From Eledone cirrhosa (Eukaryota), in the NCBI GenBank assembly GCA_964016885.1, contig OZ024750.1, positions 15,190,001 through 15,254,000 on the forward strand: DNA of 64,000 nt, given 5' to 3'. This document shows positions 26,660-38,807 of this stretch, in pieces. The notes below the pieces were generated by a model that saw only the letters and a program-made list of their open reading frames with translations, did not search any database and was not told the origin of the DNA. How positions within the stretch are numbered: position 1 is the stretch's first letter; each line of letters opens with the position of its first letter. Position numbers and translations under genes: made by a program.

Positions 26660-28994
26660 AAATAAAGGATTATGAGTTCATGCAATTGACTTATGTTTCG
26701 TCACTATATATATATATATATATATGAATATATGACTATATGACTGGGTGCGTAAAATATCTGCAATGACATGTTCACATACAGATAGTTTTGTCGGAGT
26801 GTACATCTGTGTGTATGAATGTACGTATGTGTATTTGTGTATATAAATATATGTATATTTTTTATATATAATTACAAGGATAATTTTTGCATCAGGGTAT
26901 CTTCTATCAAGTGAAGTGAACCTACTATTGGCGCAAGTCCATAATGGTCATCCTTGAATAGAATATGGTGGTAATGAAGAATTGAAGACACGTGTGATTT
27001 TATAACAAACATATTTTCTCATGTAACTTAAAGTCTGCCGATACATAGTTTTAGTTGTAAGTATATGTATGTACCCGTAACCCCTAATGGAGTCGTAGCG
27101 GTGCCGCAGTGATATTTCTTGGATGTTTTATATACCTGCCAGAGCCCGTTTCCTTTCTAGGTATGAACAAAGCAGATTTCTTCTAGAGGGGGCTTGCAAA
27201 AGAGAATGGTAAAGAGAAAGTGAGAAATAGCTAGAGAGGAACAAATCACCCTCCGTACTTAACTGGCAATTTTTTTGTTGACTTCAGAAGAATGAGAGAC
27301 AAAGTTAACTTCGGCGGGATTTGAACTTAGAACAGAGTCGGAACAAATACAGCCAAGCACTCTATCCAATGTTCTAGTAGCCTTGCCAATTCGTAGCCTA
27401 GAGTTCGATACATAACAGTTCTTATATATAAAATCTCTATTTTGTATTGCATACTTTCATTTGTTTTTTAATATATATACTGCGCAATTAATGTAATATA
27501 CTGGGCTAGAGCATGTCTCTATGCGGCCTTACATTACTAATTCTACTGACCTTTTTCCTAAAAGTGGTATAAAAGATTTGTGTGTACAGTAGCAGCAGCG
27601 GTTCAGCCGTAAGACCATTACATACTCGTGTGCCTCACTAGAGATTTTTAGTATGTTAGAAAAGAAGGACCAGTGTTTGAGACGTAGACTTAGTTACATC
27701 CAAAAAGGTCTTCAGTGTTATTCATGTTTAAGGAGGTGCGATACAATATTTTCTTGATATGAGCACGAGCAGTGTTTGTGTTTCTGGTCGTTGAACGAAA
27801 CACGATTAGCGTAACCATGAGTTCGCAATACAATTTGCAAATGTATGGAATTCATAATTTAGTATTTCTGTTGCCGTTTCTAAACTAAGCATTTCTTGAA
27901 CGTTTATTGATGTTCCTTTGTTTTATGAATATAATTAAATTCTCTTGACATATCTACTATTGAATTATATACATAACTAATGATAAACAGTCACACATCT
28001 TGAATCCATTCGTAATCTACACCACAAAACTAAACCCACCAGTGTAAAAGTTTTCAAAGCTTCTTAAATGAGGATCTATGATAAATCAAACTTTGTTGAT
28101 GGTTAAGTGACCATCACAGTTTCAAATTTCGGGAATTAATTGTTCAATTAAAGCTGCTCATAGTTTCATAAATGTGCTTATTGATATTTTTGCTGAGTAA
28201 ATAAAATTGAGAAACAAGATGAATGTGTATTTGAATTTAAAATTTCAGAAAACAAGATAAACTTACCGATTCCATATATATGAAATAGAATATTATACTG
28301 GATTATCTAAATGTATCTCAGGCATATTAATTATAATAGGATTTCGAACTAATTATCAAAAGCACACGTCTTGAGAGAATTAATCACCCTTGTGCGCGTA
28401 AAATAATCCCCTGACTATCTTTAAAATATTCAAAGCAACTATACTTTCTCGAATGACTATATTAAATTGCATAGTTTTAATAAATTTAGATCTTTTACAT
28501 GTTTTTTCATTTGTAATGATATTTATATTTTATTTGGTAATTTTATGTTGATTTTAAATATTCAATTTTAAACAGAATTGTGTTACTATTTTGCTATGGT
28601 AATACGTTCGTAATACAAGTTTGCAAATACAAGGATTCATAATTATTATTTCTTTTGCCTTTTCCCTACTATGCATAATTAGAATAATATTTAAATCACC
28701 TTTACAATACCAAAGAATGAAAACAAACGATAGTTTATCGATCTTATATCTTTGTGGTTTAAAAGACACTCAAATTCTCTTGACAATATTGCATCAAATT
28801 AAAATATTTCGCCTAATTGGTTTGTTGACAAGACTCAAAACATCTATTTCATTAGAAATTGGAATAAATGCTCTGAAATAGCGATATATATGTGAATATA
28901 GACATAGAATATTCGAAAATATTCTGTATGTTTATAATAAACATTTTGAAGACCTAATCGCTATAGAATAGAATACGTCACGTATTACAATTAG

Positions 28995-29083
28995 ATTCTC
29001 GATAAAAGCAAGGGAAGTAATCTACGCGTTTCATTCTCGTTAGAAATCATCAGGACTACATATCCAGTGCTTTTATCGAGAAT
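28995..29083 (-). ncRNA. Type I hammerhead ribozyme, inverted unit
   Basis: Reverse complement of 29233-29321. Confidence 0.85.
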
Positions 29084-29232
29084 GACACAGCTAGAGACTT
29101 ATGTCTATATTCACATATATATCGCTATTTCAGAGCATTTATTCCAATTTCTAATTTCTGCCGGACCGGCAACCGCTCTTTCAAACCAGTTCCTGTACAC
29201 AGCTAAGTATTCTATAAGTCTCTAGCTGTGTC

Positions 29233-29321
29233 ATTCTCGATAAAAGCACTGGATATGTAGTCCTGATGATTTCTAACGAGAATGAAACGCGTAGATTACT
29301 TCCCTTGCTTTTATCGAGAAT
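29233..29321 (+). ncRNA. Type I hammerhead ribozyme, unit 1
   Basis: GTAGTC-CTGATGA-T TTCT AACG AGAA T-GAAA-CGCG-TA|GATTAC. Stem I GTAGTC/GATTAC is extended past an internal loop by a perfect 16-bp helix ATTCTCGATAAAAGCA/TGCTTTTATCGAGAAT. Minimal palindromic stem III (ACGCGT). Predicted cleavage after A29293. Confidence 0.85.
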
Positions 29322-29542
29322 CTAATTGTAATACGTGACGTATTCTATTCTATAGCGATTAGGTCTTCAAAATGTTTATTATAAACATACAGAATATTTT
29401 CGAATATTCTATGTCTATATTCACATATATATCGCTATTTCAGAGCATTTATTCCAATTTCTAATTTCTGCCGGACCGGCAACCGCTCTTTCAAACCAGT
29501 TCCTGTACACAGCTAAGTATTCTATAAGTCTCTAGCTGTGTC

Positions 29543-29631
29543 ATTCTCGATAAAAGCACTGGATATGTAGTCCTGATGATTTCTAACGAGAATGAAACGC
29601 GTAGATTACTTCCCTTGCTTTTATCGAGAAT
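29543..29631 (+). ncRNA. Type I hammerhead ribozyme, unit 2
   Basis: Same sequence as 29233-29321 shifted by +310. Confidence 0.85.
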
Positions 29632-29852
29632 CTAATTGTAATACGTGACGTATTCTATTCTATAGCGATTAGGTCTTCAAAATGTTTATTATAAACATAC
29701 AGAATATTTTCGAATATTCTATGTCTATATTCACATATATATCGCTATTTCAGAGCATTTATTCCAATTTCTAATTTCTGCCGGACCGGCAACCGCTCTT
29801 TCAAACCAGTTCCTGTACACAGCTAAGTATTCTATAAGTCTCTAGCTGTGTC

Positions 29853-29941
29853 ATTCTCGATAAAAGCACTGGATATGTAGTCCTGATGATTTCTAACGAG
29901 AATGAAACGCGTAGATTACTTCCCTTGCTTTTATCGAGAAT
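29853..29941 (+). ncRNA. Type I hammerhead ribozyme, unit 3
   Basis: Same sequence as 29233-29321 shifted by +620. Confidence 0.85.
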
Positions 29942-30162
29942 CTAATTGTAATACGTGACGTATTCTATTCTATAGCGATTAGGTCTTCAAAATGTTTATT
30001 ATAAACATACAGAATATTTTCGAATATTCTATGTCTATATTCACATATATATCGCTATTTCAGAGCATTTATTCCAATTTCTAATTTCTGCCGGACCGGC
30101 AACCGCTCTTTCAAACCAGTTCCTGTACACAGCTAAGTATTCTATAAGTCTCTAGCTGTGTC

Positions 30163-30251
30163 ATTCTCGATAAAAGCACTGGATATGTAGTCCTGATGAT
30201 TTCTAACGAGAATGAAACGCGTAGATTACTTCCCTTGCTTTTATCGAGAAT
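30163..30251 (+). ncRNA. Type I hammerhead ribozyme, unit 4
   Basis: Same sequence as 29233-29321 shifted by +930. Confidence 0.85.
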
Positions 30252-30711
30252 CTAATTGTAATACGTGACGTATTCTATTCTATAGCGATTAGGTCTTCAA
30301 AATGTTTATTATAAACATACAGAATATTTTCGAATATTCTATGTCTATATTCATCTATTTCATTATTCAACTCAGCCTTATACAATTATTTCTCCATATA
30401 TGTTATATTGCATCAATGAAATACAGTCGTTAAATTTTTTTATATCGCAAATGCAGACCAATACCGCCACTGCTTACATGTTTAAACATGTCTGTTACTA
30501 GCTCACTGTACATTTGATAGCAAGTGCGTCGATGAAGTGTTTACAATTTAGTTTAAAACATACTGCAGGAACATCGTTCGAAAAACACAAAATTTTCGTT
30601 TACTTGCCAGTATAAATCGACGAAAGATACACCTATACGAACCCCCATATATATATATATATGGGGGGGGGGGCGGTTTACCGTTACGCATATATTTATA
30701 TTTACTTTGGA

Positions 30712-30812
30712 TCTCCGATGAAATGGTATGTTTATATGTATTGTAAGTTGATTTGTACATCTCCAGTATTTACCAATTTATAGACAATTCTACCATGGAA
30801 ACAATTGTAAGA
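30712..30812 (+). ncRNA. Degenerate hammerhead motif
   Basis: TCT-CCGATGA-A ATGGTA...TACCAT G-GAAA-CAATTG-TA|AGA; U4C change in the core; ATTAAA and (TA)n downstream. Confidence 0.45.
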
Positions 30813-30859
30813 CTATAATTAAATACACTTATTTGTTTTGTCAACGATGTTATTCTTAA

Positions 30860-30991
<132 letters not shown>

Positions 30992-31011
30992 GTTCAAGTC
31001 CTTTAGAAGCC

Positions 31012-31315
<304 letters not shown>

Positions 31316-32060
31316 ATATATATATATACACTCGGGGACCGTCTGCTATCGATATAACACCAAATTAGCAGGCTTTCCCCGAATCGAATCAGTCCACTAT
31401 TTTCCATTCTCTACCTTCGATTTTTTCTATCGCCTATCTTCTATTCTATATTTAGGTTCATCCTGTTACATAATTTTATAATTTGGTAATACCGCTACTT
31501 GGACAGTTGTTGCAAGAGTATCACTTTACCCGGTTTATCAATAATGCTATATTATGTAGTTTTGTAGAACTGATCAAATTTGAACTATTTTCTAATCTTA
31601 GATCGGAAGCCTAGTATTTGAAATAAAATTTTGCAATGATATACAAGGTCAGATATCCGCAGGAGGGATGTCAGCAATGTTAGCCTTGGCATTTATAATT
31701 ACTTACAGAGCTTTAGGTTTATGTTATTCCTGTAATTTATGAGTAGTGAAGGAATGTTGGACAATCTTTTTCATTGGTATGAGTAATGATGAATGGTGTT
31801 GAAGAATATGTCATCCTGTCATCATAAATTGATGCTTAGATCTCGGTTCATATAATCGGTGCACGTCTGGAATAAGATATCTAAGTTGCCCGTGGCGGCT
31901 GCTGTCTACGTGCTAAAAATTAAGAATGATGTATAACAGCATTTGCAGAGAAGTATATGTAGTTAAGACTAACGCCGTGTCGATCATGTAATACAACGTG
32001 GTTTGTAAGGATCCGACTCACTTATGGTCATTGGATCGTTTATCACTTTACTATTCATTA

Positions 32061-32525
32061 TCAGTATCGGTAGAGGGTCAGACGCCATGCTTTCCAGCAT
32101 AGTTACGTCCCTTAACGATCTGAGTTCAAATCCCGCCGAGGTTGACTTTGCCTTTCATCCATACGGGGTCGATAAAATAAAGTACCAGTAATGCACTGGG
32201 TAATTGCTGGCCTTGTGCCTAAAGTAGAAACAATTATATGTATTACGGGGTCGATAAAATATAGTACCAGTAATACACTGGGTAATTGCTGGCCTTGTGC
32301 CTAACGTAGAAACAATTATATGTATGTATATAAGGGCGGCGGATTGGCAGTATCGGTAGAGTGTCGGACACCATGCTTTGACGCATAGAGTTACGGCCCT
32401 TGCCATTCTGTGTTCAAATCTCGCCGAGGTTAACTTTGCCTTTCATCCTTACGGGGTCGATAAAATAAAGTACCAGTAATGTACTGGGTAATTGCTGGCC
32501 TTGTGCCAATAGTAGAAACAATTAT
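32061..32525 (+). mobile_element. tRNA-SINE triple cluster
   Basis: Copies at ~32061-32237, 32244-32320 and 32334-32525, each ending GAAACAATTATATGTAT. Confidence 0.9.
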
Positions 32526-32532
32526 ATGTATG

Positions 32533-32592
<60 letters not shown>

Positions 32593-32626
32593 TATATATA
32601 TGTATGTATATATGTATATATATATG

Positions 32627-32657
<31 letters not shown>

Positions 32658-32679
32658 GTATATATATATATATATATAT

Positions 32680-32877
32680 TCATCCTCTTCTCCTCTCCTC
32701 ATCTTGCTCTTTCTCACCGAAGCTGGGGGTCATCCTAAGCCAACGATCCCAAATCATCTTCGCGCGTAGAGCCGACCAATTCCACCAGCGCCCTCCATCG
32801 CTGGTGGGCTTCTGTCAGCTCATTCGTATCCCCCAACGTGATTTCGAGCCTCCAGAGATCTTCCCTAATGATATCCA

Positions 32878-32878
<1 letters not shown>
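32680..32878 (-). mobile_element. Second, shorter copy of the same RTE LINE 3' end
   Basis: Highly similar to 33988-34180; flanked by (TA)n. Confidence 0.75.
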
Positions 32879-32926
<48 letters not shown>

Positions 32927-33246
32927 AAAGTTATATTTAAATTGTTGGGTTACAACGAGTAAATATGTTCAACTACCTACTTTTCTCTATATATATCTAT
33001 CTCTATCTATTTCCTCTCTCTATATATCTCTCTCTGTTTCTTTACATGAAGTTCTTCTCTTTATCTATCTTTCCATCTCTCTATTTAGTTGCATGCATTT
33101 CTTCTTTTTCTTCGTTTTCTTTCTTTCTTTCCTTCTTTCTTTCTTTCTTTCTGTTTACAATTTTCACTGCCAAATCAACTTTTCAAATGCAAGTCGATGT
33201 TGAAAGGTATGTCAAATCTATTTATTTATAAAACTGTCTATATTGT

Positions 33247-33310
33247 ATTTTGTCTGAAGAAGGCATAACATATTGTTAATATGATATCCCTGAAATATAT
33301 ATAATGAAAT
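33247..33310 (+). ncRNA. Degenerate hammerhead motif
   Basis: ATTTTGT-CTGAAGA-AGG...CCT-GAAA-TATATA-TA|ATGAAAT overlapping AATAAA, with (TA)n nearby. Confidence 0.5.
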
Positions 33311-33351
33311 AAATATGGTTTTATAAATATAGTTTCCATTTATTTAATATC

Positions 33352-33401
<50 letters not shown>

Positions 33402-33987
33402 GCATGCAATTAATGTTGGTATAACTGCAGTTATTTTATGATCCTCAATATATAAAGGTGAACAAATATGAAAACAATTTTGTTATTATTTTCCTAAACA
33501 GAAAATCATTCATATGCTTCACGGTTGTTCATCAGAAGACAGGTATCTATATCCTTCTATTCATGTAGAAACAGTATTTTGCTATTAATATCAAATGTAA
33601 ATAAACCCTTAACAGAAATAGCCAGTATAATTTGCATAGCGTGCATTCAACTATGTGAAATTTCTCTTAAACTTTCTAATTCAGGTTGTGTTGCGTATAC
33701 AAATTTATTATATTCCTATTTGTATATTCTTCATCGAAAAATATTTACTGTGATAAACAAACAAGCGACATATTTCAGAAAAGAATATATCGATTCGTAA
33801 GATCAATAAACCAATAATAAAAAGTTGCTACTACTTATCTCTATTTAACTCCGTCTTTCGTGGTTTCTGCTTTTTTTTCTTCCTATTCTCTCACCTTCAC
33901 CATCATCTCCCCACACCTAGTCTCTCCCTCTCACTTTCTTTCTTGTTGCTATTAAAACATCTCTTATCCAGGTAATATGGAATGCGT

Positions 33988-34245
33988 CCTCTTCTCCTCT
34001 CCTCCTCTTGTTCTTGCTCAGCGAAGCTGGGGTCATCCTAAGCCAACGATCCCAAATCATCTTCGCGCGTAGAGCCGACCAATTCCACCAGCGCCCTCCA
34101 TCGCTGGTGGGCCTCTGTCAGCTTCCCCATATCCCCCAACGTGATTTCGAGCCTCCAGAGATCTTCCCTAATGATATCCAGCCACCTGGTGTGGGGCCTA
34201 CCGCTGGGCCTCTTCCAGCCTGCAGCTGCTGCGTCGAACGAGAGT
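33988..34245 (-). mobile_element. RTE-clade LINE 3' fragment
   Basis: Translates KRPSGRPHTRWLDIIREDLWRLEITLGDMGKLTEAHQRWRALVELVG (RxxGRPxxRWxD...WR C-terminal motif); purine-rich 3' tail. Confidence 0.75.
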
Positions 34246-34249
34246 AAGA

Positions 34250-34480
34250 CATGTAGTTACTTACAGGAATGTCCTTTATAGTTCCACTTGCTCCATATCG
34301 ATTACTGGGAGACAAGAGGTCTCCATTCCTCACAGTAGGAAGTCTTTTCATGGACCTGCTCCCAGACCAGGGTTATAACTGCAAAGTCCTCTTCTACAGA
34401 CCAATCCCAGAGCTTGATGGGTCTGCCTTGTTTTCTATGTCCACATTCTGGATTGCTTTCGAGGGTGGCTACCACTAGTC
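34250..34480 (-). mobile_element. Different RTE-like LINE 3' fragment
   Basis: PECGHRKQGRPIKLWDWSVEED...LVWEQV...EEWRPLV* (ORF 34302-34586). Confidence 0.65.
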
Positions 34481-34852
34481 TCTTCGTGTACTCACGTAGG
34501 GCATGATCAAGTATCGAGGATCTGTTCAGTGCAGCAGTATGTTTTATCAAGCAGTTGAGATGCCCAGTAATGATATTGCCACTCAAATTATCATATCACT
34601 AGATTTGAAATCTTATTTCACTTACTTGAACAGAACCCTTAATGATAAACACATCTATCTATATGTAAACACATCTATCTATATGTAAACACATCTATCT
34701 ATATATATTTATACTATATATATTTATACTTTACATTCAATGTATTTTCTATCTTTGTGTATGTAGTTCTTTCATTTTTGTCTTTGTTCTTTTATTCTTT
34801 TACAGGTTTCAGTCATTAAACTGCCACTATGTTGGGTCACACGCGCACACAC

Positions 34853-34900
<48 letters not shown>

Positions 34901-35121
34901 GTGTGTGTGCGTGTGACCCAACATATATGGGACTTGACTCTTTCTTCCTCACTTTTCGTTGCTTTACCATCTTTGTTTGTTTACACTCTCGCTCGTTCCC
35001 CTTATTTACGTGTCCCAACGACTTTCTTTAGCCGTTGCTCGCACCAACCGGAGGTATATGGTCTTTAAAGCGATGAAATACCAATGATGGTTGGAAGATC
35101 ACTGATGAAGGACTAACTTTA

Positions 35122-35163
<42 letters not shown>

Positions 35164-35251
35164 GAAATATCTGAGACCGCCAGCAGACAAATGATGAGGA
35201 AAACTCTCCCCCCCCCCTCTGTTTTTGCTCTCTTCTTATTCTAATTTTTAA

Positions 35252-35344
<93 letters not shown>

Positions 35345-35401
35345 CATACAATCTCATATACAAACACACGTATATGTATGTGTGTATATATATATATATA
35401 T

Positions 35402-35455
<54 letters not shown>

Positions 35456-35924
35456 GGTGATGATGATGATGATGATGACGATGATAAAGAGGAAAGGAAG
35501 AAGTATATGATAATGATCCCCCTGTTTATGATCATCTTGATGATCTTTTTATGCCTGTTGCAAAGGAACTATTTCTCTCCTTCGACTATAACCTACATAA
35601 ATCATTTAGACAGGTTACCTCGTTCAGCTGTTTTGAAGTTAGCTTTGTCAATAAAAATACTTTTACAGCCACTTACCTGTTAAAAACCTAATTTCAATGC
35701 CGTTTTCATTTTGTATTTCCCCGCCTTCTAGCCTAAATTTTACTTAGAGCTGGCCTCATCTTTTGTTCTATTTTTTCTTTAAATATTGTGTAAATTATGC
35801 TGAGGTCGATTTTAGTAACAGCTAACTTAATTCTTAAAGCATATCAGTGTGATAGTAAAACAGTCATATGAAGTATGTTTAGACTAAGTCTAAAGTGTGT
35901 CTCAAGCCAGAAGGCTCGTTAGAA

Positions 35925-36188
35925 CGGTACTTATCCTAGCTTCGTGGCGTGAAGCGACTAGCCCCCCCCCCCCCCCACACACCACACTTCCTGGACAGGG
36001 CGCCAGTTCATCGCAGGGTTAAACTCCCCAGCTATTGCTGGTACTCATTTTCAACTGAGTATACTGGAGCAACGTGAAATGAAGTGTTTTGCTCAAGAAC
36101 ACAGCACGCACCCCAGTCCAGGAATCGAACCCCACGACATTATGATCGTAAACTCAAAACCATTACCACTAGGCCTCGTGCTTCCACG
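35925..36188 (-). mobile_element. Second SINE family, near full length
   Basis: CTGGAGCAACGTGAAATGAAGTGTTTTGCTCAAGAACAC...GGAATCGAACCC...ACCACTAGGCC. Confidence 0.8.
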
Positions 36189-36425
36189 ATACGAAGTATG
36201 AGTGTACGTAAATCAGAATAGATGAGAAGTGGATAAAACAGAGCCTATCAGTGTACATCTTACTTATTGTAACTAGAATAGCAAGAAATCTGACTGTACA
36301 TGATAAATATTTAACCAGGCACTATATAAATGTTATTCGATATGATATAGAGGTATGTATTTAAAAGACTAATAAATATTTCTTGGGGAAGAGCGGTGAC
36401 CAAAGTGTGTGTGTATATATATATA

Positions 36426-36524
36426 TAGGAAAATGTTTAACCCCGTTTCGACGGTTATTTCTGCACTCGAGAAATAGCCGTCGAAACGGCTTGAGCTCTG
36501 CCGTCGGAGTTAAACATTTTCCTA
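36426..36524. mobile_element. Fold-back family A, copy 4 (palindrome only)
   Basis: TAGGAAAATGTTTAAC...GTTAAACATTTTCCTA with core GAAATAGCCGTCGAAACGGCTTGAGCTCTGCCGTCGG; in (TA)n. Confidence 0.65.
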
Positions 36525-36846
36525 TATATATATATACACACACACAAAGAAATAGGAACAACAATCGACGAAAAAAGAAAAAGCACTGTAGAGAAAATGT
36601 AGCACCATGAAACACAGAAATAAGAAAAATATATACTAGTGATTTCAAACGTGCATGTGGAGTAATATCTATAGCATATTTAGTCTATGTGTCATGCAAC
36701 ATGCCTTAGTCTGCATTTTAAATTATTACTTATTGTAAATGTTCTGGCGGTAGAGGAAAATGTTGCTCTCGCTGCTGCTTTACAAGCGATATTGTAGAGA
36801 ACTAGCATCAGCTGATTGCAACGTTAAGCATGTTCTTTATCAAGTA

Positions 36847-37794
36847 CTAGCAGTAAAGCCCGGCGTTGCTCGGAGTCGCTCAGTAGCTGTGTTAAAGTTA
36901 CAATGTTAAGTTTCTTTTTTGGCTTAAAAACTGTAGTGTCTACTGTGCAGACTTGCATGTGGTGTTTTTGATTAATATTCCCTCAACCAACAATATGCCT
37001 TATGAAGTTAAGAAAACATAACGATAACCCGAATGTTATAACAAAAGAGGATGCTGGGGATAGAAACTGCACTGGTTATTTATTAACAAAGATCGAAAAT
37101 GTAAACACTGCAACGCAGAGAAAAACATTAGCGTAACCAAATTATCAGTTATGTCTGTCTGCACGCCTATATCACCTCTCTGCACGACTATCTGTCTGCA
37201 CGCCTATATCACCTCTCTGCACGACTGTCTGTCTGCACGCCTATATCACCTCTCTGCACGACTGTCTGTCTGCACGCCTATATCACCTCTCTGCACGACT
37301 GTCTGTCTGCACGCGTATATCACCTCTCTGCACGACTATCTGTCTGCACGACTGTCTGTCTGCACGCCTAACGACGAAATATTTGCTTGTTTTACGTAGT
37401 CTTTAAATAGACTTGTTTTCAAGTAAAAATATTGTTTTAAAATGCTTTTAAATGGAAATGAAGCAAAACGGAAGCTTAGTGTTCGAACTGATGAATTTTG
37501 CAGGTCAATATGTCATTTTAAACGCTGAGAAAGCCAGCGTAATTTTTTACGTAAGACGCTCAATGTAAACAGAACAAAGGGAAATAACTGATCACTTACG
37601 CTCAAAAATCGATACATTATATTCGATTTCGTCACATAGGGTGGGTCAATTTGAAATATTTTTTTTCCGATGTCTTCGCGAGGGCTCAATGTACAAGTAT
37701 AGCAATTTCGGTGCAATTCTGTGAGAGATTCTAAGAGGAGATGTGTGCCAAAAATCGATAGACAGACAGACAACCACAGTTTTATATATATAGA
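36847..37794 (-). mobile_element. Non-autonomous Helitron
   Basis: Minus strand begins A|TCTATATATATAAAAC followed by (CTGT)n and ends CCGAGCAACGCCGGGC-TTTACTG-CTAG|T: 5' TC, subterminal GC-rich hairpin, 3' CTAG, AT target, no TSD. Confidence 0.85.
37153..37369. repeat. 37-bp minisatellite inside the Helitron (~5.5 copies)
   Basis: Unit CTRTCTGTCTGCACGCCTATATCACCTCTCTGCACGA; ATCACC at 37171, 37208 and onward. Confidence 0.9.
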
Positions 37795-37919
37795 TTAAAG
37801 TTTAGCAAATTGAAAACAAAACAGAAAAAAAGACTTTATATATAAAGACACGCCCGTTCACACACACACACACACACATGTCTGTTTGTGTATGTGTTAT
37901 ATATACTTTTACATATCTG

Positions 37920-38222
<303 letters not shown>

Positions 38223-38387
38223 TATATATATATATATATATATTTATATATACTTAGCTTTAAATGTGTTGAATTCGAACTCGAGATACTATTTACCTTA
38301 TGATCGAATAAATTGTTACCTGATTTGATTTAATCTCACTTGTCTTTTAAAAACACAACTTTTATCTCGAACGCTTGATATAATATA

Positions 38388-38500
38388 CAGGGTGCGTCGT
38401 ATACGCGCACCAAAGCATAAATTAAATTAAAAGTAAGTTATAATTTAGTTCTTACGTTGAGACATTTAATGTTTTAGAGCGCGTCTTAAGGCCCACCCTG
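38388..38500. mobile_element. Tc1/mariner-type MITE
   Basis: TA|CAGGGTG...CACCCTG|TA with imperfect ~21-bp TIRs. Confidence 0.7.
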
Positions 38501-38593
38501 TATAATATTAAATGTCATATCAATTCTTTCCATACATATAATATGTACTACCATATAGATATAGCAGTGCATATTTATATGTGAGTCTATGTA

Positions 38594-38807
38594 CAGGGTG
38601 GCCCAAAAGCCACACAGGGGTTTTTAGTTTTTATTAACTTTCTGAATTGTACAGATCGATGTATGAAATTTCGATATAACTTAAAGGGCATAATGTAAAT
38701 TATTTTTCACTCGCCAATCCTTGTCACACCTCTACATTACTAAATATTATAAAATAAAAAAAAATTATAAACATTTGCGACCCCTGTGTGACTTTTGGGA
38801 CCCCCTG
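38594..38807. mobile_element. Tc1/mariner-type MITE
   Basis: TA|CAGGGTGGCCCAAAAGCCACACAGGGGT ... ACCCCTGTGTGACTTTTGGGACCCCCTG|TA; ~28-bp TIRs. Confidence 0.85.

Larger units (their letters stand above)
28851..30353. mobile_element. Non-coding hammerhead-ribozyme retroelement (retrozyme / Penelope-like pLTR array): inverted 252-bp partial unit + 4 tandem 310-bp units, flanked by a 14-bp TSD
   Basis: ATGTCTATAT recurs at 29101, 29411, 29721, 30031 and 30341 (period 310). 28851-29102 is the reverse complement of 29214-29465. CATCTATTTCATTA lies at 28841-28854 and 30352-30365. Every unit has an HHR motif and there is no long ORF. Confidence 0.9.

Noticed and set aside
27590-27870. Higher-GC unique stretch as a possible exon
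   Set aside because: The minus-strand frames checked are short, there is no ORF of 60 aa or more, and no recognisable domain or splice pair.
29101-30353. CRISPR array or centromeric satellite interpretation
   Set aside because: The units have no variable spacers and there are no cas genes. The TSD, inversion and ribozyme indicate a single retro-insertion.
35100-35125. CTGATGAAGG motif
   Set aside because: No downstream GAAA or stem III before the TA run; at most a truncated remnant.
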